Below, piece by piece: positions 59,321-64,000 of a stretch of 64,000 nucleotides of DNA (its first letter is position 1; each line of letters begins with the position of its first letter). The stretch lies in the NCBI GenBank assembly GCA_021730905.1, contig JAKFYK010000085.1, positions 6,884 through 70,883 of the forward strand. The letters are read 5' to 3'. Origin of the DNA: Betaproteobacteria bacterium (GTDB lineage Bacteria > Pseudomonadota > Gammaproteobacteria > Burkholderiales > SG8-41). The position numbers were made by a program, and so were the translations under genes. The notes beneath the pieces were generated by a model that saw only the letters and a list, made by a program, of their open reading frames with translations, did no database searches and was not told the origin of the DNA.

Positions 59321-60643
59321 TTAATTCAGCCCGCGTGACACGCCATAGTCGGGCACGCCGCGGCGGCGGCGCAGCAGGCGATAGGCAATTACCTTGCCCT
59401 TGCCGCGCACATCCAGTGATTCCGGGCCGTCGAATTCGTACAACGCGTTCATGCATTCGTACGTCTTGACATCAACAAGCACGATGCCCTCATCGGCCTC
59501 ATCCGTCACGCGGCTCGCAAGGTTTACCGTGTCACCCCACAGATCGTAAATGAATTTCTTGATGCCGATCACGCCTGCCACCACCGGACCGGTACTGACG
59601 CCGATGTGCAATCTGAGACGCACCTCGCCGATCGGCGGCAGGGTTTCCATATAGTCAATCATGTCGAGCGCCATGCTCAACATGGCGTGCGTGTGTCCCA
59701 GATCATCCGTGGCCAGTTCCGGACCGCTGCGTTCAATCAGACCGCCCGCCACCATATAGGCATCGCCTATGGTCTTGATTTTCTCCAAACCATATTTTTC
59801 CGCCAATCCGTCAAAGTGCGAGAACACCTGGTTCAGCGATTCAACGATAACGATGGGAGGCTGGCCTCCCGACAATCGCGTGAAATCCTTGATGTCCGCG
59901 AACATCACGGTCACATTCGCAAAGCCATCGGCAATCGTCGCGTGACTGGCCTTCAGCCGCTCCGCAATGGTAGCCGGAAGTATATTCAGCAGCAGGCGTT
60001 CGGACTTATCCTGCTCCACCTGTAACAAAAAATGCTGCTCATTCAGCGCGGTTTGCAGTTTCTCGCGCTGGCGCATGAAATAGCTCACCAGCACGTAGAT
60101 GATGGACGACATGGCCACGAAGTTGAGCGCGAAGAACACCGCGATCGACTGCATGGTGACATTTTTCGGCAGCTCGCTCGCGAGATAGAAGTCAAATACG
60201 CCAGATACCGCGGCCAGAATGACATAAGCGACAAACCATGGGATCGATTCACGCGCGCCATAAACCAGGATCGCGCCGACCGGCGCCAGCAGCGCCCACA
60301 GCATCACGCCCGATGAACTCACATAACTGCCGATGCTCCATTGCATCACGAACGGCACGAACAAAAACAGGCTGACCTGGATAAGGCGGAAAATGTCGAA
60401 ATTGAGCGTCCACAGGTAAATCGCCAGCGAAATGGCCGTCGCCAGAATGTAGACGAACGGTACCGTCGCCGAAAATTTGATCCCCATCGCATGATAGATC
60501 ACCAGCCACAGCATCGAGCCGAGCCCCATCAGCGCGCTGGCGAAGATCAGCAGCGTCTTACGCAGCTTGTCCTGCTCGCTGTCCGAATCGGATATGACAC
60601 GGCTGCCGAGATCGTTCAACCGATGGCGAAGCCGCTGTATCAC
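59321..60643 (-). CDS. Membrane-anchored class III adenylate cyclase (about 6 TM plus catalytic domain)
   Basis: VMFADIKDFT, EKIKTIGDAY, YDLWGDTVNLASR. GTG 60643 with AGAGGAG RBS chosen as the start. Confidence 0.9.
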   Translation of the reverse strand: MIQRLRHRLNDLGSRVISDSDSEQDKLRKTLLIFASALMGLGSMLWLVIYHAMGIKFSATVPFVYILATAISLAIYLWTLNFDIFRLIQVSLFLFVPFVMQWSIGSYVSSSGVMLWALLAPVGAILVYGARESIPWFVAYVILAAVSGVFDFYLASELPKNVTMQSIAVFFALNFVAMSSIIYVLVSYFMRQREKLQTALNEQHFLLQVEQDKSERLLLNILPATIAERLKASHATIADGFANVTVMFADIKDFTRLSGGQPPIVIVESLNQVFSHFDGLAEKYGLEKIKTIGDAYMVAGGLIERSGPELATDDLGHTHAMLSMALDMIDYMETLPPIGEVRLRLHIGVSTGPVVAGVIGIKKFIYDLWGDTVNLASRVTDEADEGIVLVDVKTYECMNALYEFDGPESLDVRGKGKVIAYRLLRRRRGVPDYGVSRGLN

Positions 60644-60819
60644 ATCCGCTCCTCTGCTGTGTGTTGCACCTTGCTCAAGACACCCGCATTTTAATACAGC
60701 CCCTGTCCCGCTCACCATGATTTAGCGCAAACATTCGTGCTGCCGTCCGACAAGTTGCCATCCGTCGCCGGCAAATGCGCTAAAATAATGCTTCTAATCG
60801 ATCTCTGACGGAGCAATTC

Positions 60820-61746
60820 ATGTCGATGGCAGACCGTGATGGTCACATCTGGTACGACGGCAAGCTGGTGCCGTGGCGCAACGCCACCACCCACGTTCTT
60901 ACGCATTCGCTGCACTACGGCCTCGCGGTGTTCGAGGGCGTGCGTGCCTACCACACAGTCAAGGGCACGGCCATTTTCCGTCTGAGAGAACACACGCAGA
61001 GGCTGCTCAATTCGGCGCACATCTACCTGATGAAAATCCCCTACAGCATCGACACGCTGATGGACGCACAAAAAGAGGTGGTGCGCGCGAATAAACTGGA
61101 ATCGTGCTATCTGCGCCCGATCGCGTTCTACGGTTCGGAAAAAATGGGCGTGTCGCCCAAGGGCAACACGGTGCATGTGGCGATCGCGGCGTGGCCGTGG
61201 GGCGCGTATCTCGGCACAGACGCCATCGAAAAGGGCATACGCGTGAAAACGTCTTCCTACGCGCGCCACCACGTCAACGTGTCCATGACCCGCGCCAAGG
61301 TTTCCGCCACCTACGCCAATTCGATCCTCGCCAACCTCGAAGCCACCGAACACGGCTACGACGAGGGCTTGCTGCTCGATGTAGATGGTTTTGTCGCCGA
61401 AGGCTCCGGCGAAAATCTGTTCATGGTGAAAGACGGTAAAATTTACGAGCCGGAATTGACCAGCGCGCTGATCGGCATCACGCGGGACTCCGTCATCACG
61501 CTCGCGCGCGAGATGGGCTACACGGTGGCCGCCAAGCGCATCACGCGCGACGACCTGTATATTGCCGACGAAGCTTTTTTCACCGGCACTGCCGCTGAAG
61601 TCACGCCGATACGCGAGGTCGATGGCCGCACCATCGGCGGCGGGCAACGCGGCCCCCTCACCGCCAAACTGCAAAACGCATTCTTCGACTGCGTGAACGG
61701 CAAATCGGAAAAGCACAGCGACTGGCTGTCGCCGGTCGCTGCGTGA
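60820..61746 (+). CDS. ilvE: Branched-chain amino acid aminotransferase
   Basis: HSLHYGLAVFEG, YLRP, EGSGENLF, GITRD, FTGTAAEVTPI. Confidence 0.97.
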   Translation: MSMADRDGHIWYDGKLVPWRNATTHVLTHSLHYGLAVFEGVRAYHTVKGTAIFRLREHTQRLLNSAHIYLMKIPYSIDTLMDAQKEVVRANKLESCYLRPIAFYGSEKMGVSPKGNTVHVAIAAWPWGAYLGTDAIEKGIRVKTSSYARHHVNVSMTRAKVSATYANSILANLEATEHGYDEGLLLDVDGFVAEGSGENLFMVKDGKIYEPELTSALIGITRDSVITLAREMGYTVAAKRITRDDLYIADEAFFTGTAAEVTPIREVDGRTIGGGQRGPLTAKLQNAFFDCVNGKSEKHSDWLSPVAA

Positions 61747-61770
61747 ACACAGGGACGCGCGGGCAATACC

Positions 61771-61974
61771 ATGGCAGAGCAAACCGAAAACAAGTCAAGG
61801 CATATTGAAGTTACCGCAGCGGATTTGCCGCTGCACTGCCCGACACCGGCCATGCTGCTGTGGAATGCGCATCCGCGCGTATTCATGCCGATTGAGAAAA
61901 CGGGCGCGGCCTTGTGCCCGTACTGCGGCACCCAGTACACGCTCAAGGGCGGGCCGGCCAAGTCCGGTCATTAG
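61771..61974 (+). CDS. zf-CHCC zinc-finger domain protein
   Basis: LHCP...HPRVF...CPYCG. Confidence 0.9.
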   Translation: MAEQTENKSRHIEVTAADLPLHCPTPAMLLWNAHPRVFMPIEKTGAALCPYCGTQYTLKGGPAKSGH

Positions 61975-61992
61975 CCGGTAGCCATTCACACG

Positions 61993-63060
61993 ATGAAAAT
62001 CCTCGTCGTCGCCCCGTCCTGGGTCGGCGACACCGTGCTGGCGCAGCCGATGTTCAGACTGCTGCACCAGCGCCATGCGAATCTCTCGGTTGATGTACTT
62101 GCACCGCCCTTCACGCTGCCGCTGCTCGCGCGCATGCCCGAAGTGCGCCGCGGTATCGTCGCGCGTTTCGGCCACGGCGAACTGAAATTCGGCGAACGCC
62201 AGCGTCTTGCGCGCGAACTCGCAGCCGAGCGCTATGATCAGGCCATAGTGCTGCCGAATTCGCTGAAGTCGGCGCTGATTCCGCTGCTCGCAAAAATCCC
62301 GCTGCGCACCGGATTTCGCGGTGAAATGCGCTATGGCCTGCTCAACGACCTGCGACGCCTCGACGAGCAGGCGCTGCCAAAAATGGTGGAGCGTTTCGCT
62401 ACGCTGGCACTGCATCGCGGCGAAGCGTTGCCACAGCCGCTGCCCACGCCGCGCTTGTCAGTCGATCCGAGCAATATTGAAAAAATACTTGAAAAACAAA
62501 TACTTAACAAAAACCAGCCAATAGCCGTCCTGTGTCCCGGCGCCGAGTACGGTCCGGCCAAGCGCTGGCCCGCCGAGTATTTCGGCACGCTGGGCAAAGC
62601 ACTCGCCGCCGAAGGCTATGCGGTATGGCTGGTCGGCTCGCCCAAAGACGCCGCCATCGGCGACGACATCCTACGTGCCAGCGACAGCGCCTGCGTCAAT
62701 CTCTGCGGCAAGACATCACTCGAAGACGCCATCGATCTCATCGGCATGGCCGCGCTGGTCGTCACTAATGATTCCGGTCTGATGCACGTCGCCGCGGCGC
62801 TCGACCGGCCAACGCTGGCGCTCTACGGTTCCAGCAGTCCCGCCTTTACGCCACCGCTTTCGGATAAAGCCAAAATCGTCAAAATCGACATCGCATGCAG
62901 CCCCTGTTTCAAACGCGAATGTCCGCTCGGCCATTTCAACTGCATGCGCGAACTCACACCGGAGCGCATCGGCGCCGCGGTATCGTTGCTATCGGATCGC
63001 GATCGCAAGCCACAGAACACCCCTCGTCCGGCGCCGGTGGATTCCGCTACTCCACCTTGA
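61993..63060 (+). CDS. waaF: LPS heptosyltransferase II
   Basis: MKILVVAPSWVGD, PGAEYGPAKRWP, TNDSGLMHVAAA. Confidence 0.96.
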   Translation: MKILVVAPSWVGDTVLAQPMFRLLHQRHANLSVDVLAPPFTLPLLARMPEVRRGIVARFGHGELKFGERQRLARELAAERYDQAIVLPNSLKSALIPLLAKIPLRTGFRGEMRYGLLNDLRRLDEQALPKMVERFATLALHRGEALPQPLPTPRLSVDPSNIEKILEKQILNKNQPIAVLCPGAEYGPAKRWPAEYFGTLGKALAAEGYAVWLVGSPKDAAIGDDILRASDSACVNLCGKTSLEDAIDLIGMAALVVTNDSGLMHVAAALDRPTLALYGSSSPAFTPPLSDKAKIVKIDIACSPCFKRECPLGHFNCMRELTPERIGAAVSLLSDRDRKPQNTPRPAPVDSATPP

Positions 63061-64000
63061 TCCCCGCAACCTTGGCGGTTTCGCCCCATTTCCTGAGTTC
63101 TGCCTGCACCATCTTGCGCATCTGCGCCGCAGTCATGGTGACCGGTTCGGCCGCATCGGCCAGCAGGCGTTTTTTCGTATCCGGCTCGTTCACAATCGCA
63201 TTGATCAACGTGCGCAGTTTTTCCTGCGCACGCGCGGGCACCCCGGCGGGCACCACCATGCCCCACCACACGGCAACTTCATAGCCCGGATATCCCGACT
63301 CTCCAACGGTAGGAACATCGGGCAGCACTGGCGAACGTTTGTCAGCGCCTACCGCCAGCATTCTGATCAGGCCAGAGCGCACATGGGGCAGCACCTGCAG
63401 GATGGAAGTGAACATCACGGGTATGTTGCCTGCTATAACGTCGGTCATCGCGGGCCCGCCGCCTTTATAGGGCGTATGGACCATGTCGATGCCGGCTGCC
63501 TTTTTGAAAAGTTCGCCGCCAAAGTGGTTAAAACTGACTACGCCGGTCGAGGCATAGTTGATGATGCTCGGACGGGCCTTGGCGTCCGCCACCAGATCTT
63601 TCAGCGTCTTGTATGGCCCCTTTGGATTAACCACGATCGCGTTTGGCGAAGTGCCGATCATCGCTATCGGGTCAAACGATTTTTCCAAGTCATAGGGAAG
63701 CTTGCGCACCGCCCCGTTCATCACCCACGAGGTCGATACCATCAGCAACGTATAGCCATCTGGCGCGGAATTTGCCGCCATCTCCGCGGCGATGATGCCG
63801 TTGGCGCCGCCGCGATTGTCAACCACAACTTGTTCCTTCAGGCGATCAACGAGCTTGATACCGACATAGCGCCCCAACACGTCATTGCTGCCCCCCGGCG
63901 GGAACGGAATGATCAGGCGGATAGGCCGTTCCGGGTATTCCGCGTGCGCGGCAGCCGCGAACACGCCGGCAACAATACCAGCGCAAACGAAAAAAAACCG
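63047..64000 (-). CDS. Bug/TctC family substrate-binding protein (start probably beyond the right edge)
   Basis: YPERPIRLIIPFPPGGSND, DNRGGANG, HTPYKGGGPAMTDVIAG. Confidence 0.9.
   Translation of the reverse strand, partial: RFFFVCAGIVAGVFAAAAHAEYPERPIRLIIPFPPGGSNDVLGRYVGIKLVDRLKEQVVVDNRGGANGIIAAEMAANSAPDGYTLLMVSTSWVMNGAVRKLPYDLEKSFDPIAMIGTSPNAIVVNPKGPYKTLKDLVADAKARPSIINYASTGVVSFNHFGGELFKKAAGIDMVHTPYKGGGPAMTDVIAGNIPVMFTSILQVLPHVRSGLIRMLAVGADKRSPVLPDVPTVGESGYPGYEVAVWWGMVVPAGVPARAQEKLRTLINAIVNEPDTKKRLLADAAEPVTMTAAQMRKMVQAELRKWGETAKVAGIKVE

Larger units (their letters stand above)
2232..62506. repeat. Dispersed AT-rich IHF-box-like motif, 13-bp core WAACAWNNNNTTR (usually AAACAAATACTTA), about 15 copies
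   Basis: 13-bp cores at 2232(-), 3406(+), 8021(+), 14688(-), 16618(-), 20120(-), 24605(-), 28890(+), 32305(-), 36221(+), 43375(+), 50207(+), 51751(+), 56566(+), 62494(+). Confidence 0.8.

Noticed and set aside
2232-62506. Dispersed AT-rich motif as a CRISPR repeat, IS end or att site
   Set aside because: Copies are kilobases apart, short and degenerate, with no spacers, target duplications, cas, transposase or integrase genes in the window.
63047-63060. 14-bp convergent overlap of waaF and the Bug gene
   Set aside because: Short 3' overlaps from stop-codon drift are common, and there is no sign of function.

Overview
This is a GC-rich (roughly 60%) chromosomal segment, betaproteobacterial judging by gene order and protein sequences. 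Most of it is core genome: fimV (partial)-asd-leuB-leuD-ecnAB-leuC, aroC, an M17 aminopeptidase, thyA-folA, an Orn/Lys/Arg decarboxylase, apbC-metG, dnaE, btuF-aroG-tldD-nit-yhdP, and glnE-ilvE-waaF. Accessory blocks are interspersed. (i) A Cys-less ArsR-family regulator has a duplicated 35-bp promoter/operator and heads three uncharacterised exported proteins (a small protein, DUF2145, and a His...Cys papain-like protein with a C-terminal anchor), followed co-directionally by an MFS-acyltransferase fusion and DUF2339/DUF3999. (ii) A SLAM/DUF560 barrel lies next to a FecR-domain cargo candidate (type XI secretion-like). (iii) A six-gene Hyf-like complex has a large subunit lacking the NiFe cysteines (Ehr type). 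(iv) There is an enolase-superfamily/amidohydrolase pair. The most striking non-genic signal is an AT-rich, IHF-box-like motif (consensus WTAAAAACAAATACTTA) present about 15 times in both orientations, about every 4 kb, including inside coding regions. Also seen are a low-GC patch inside metG, two hairpins built from tandem 7- or 8-mers, and two small ORFs missing from the ORF track. No rRNA, tRNA, CRISPR array, integrase or transposase was recognised. All calls come from reading the sequence; no searches were run.
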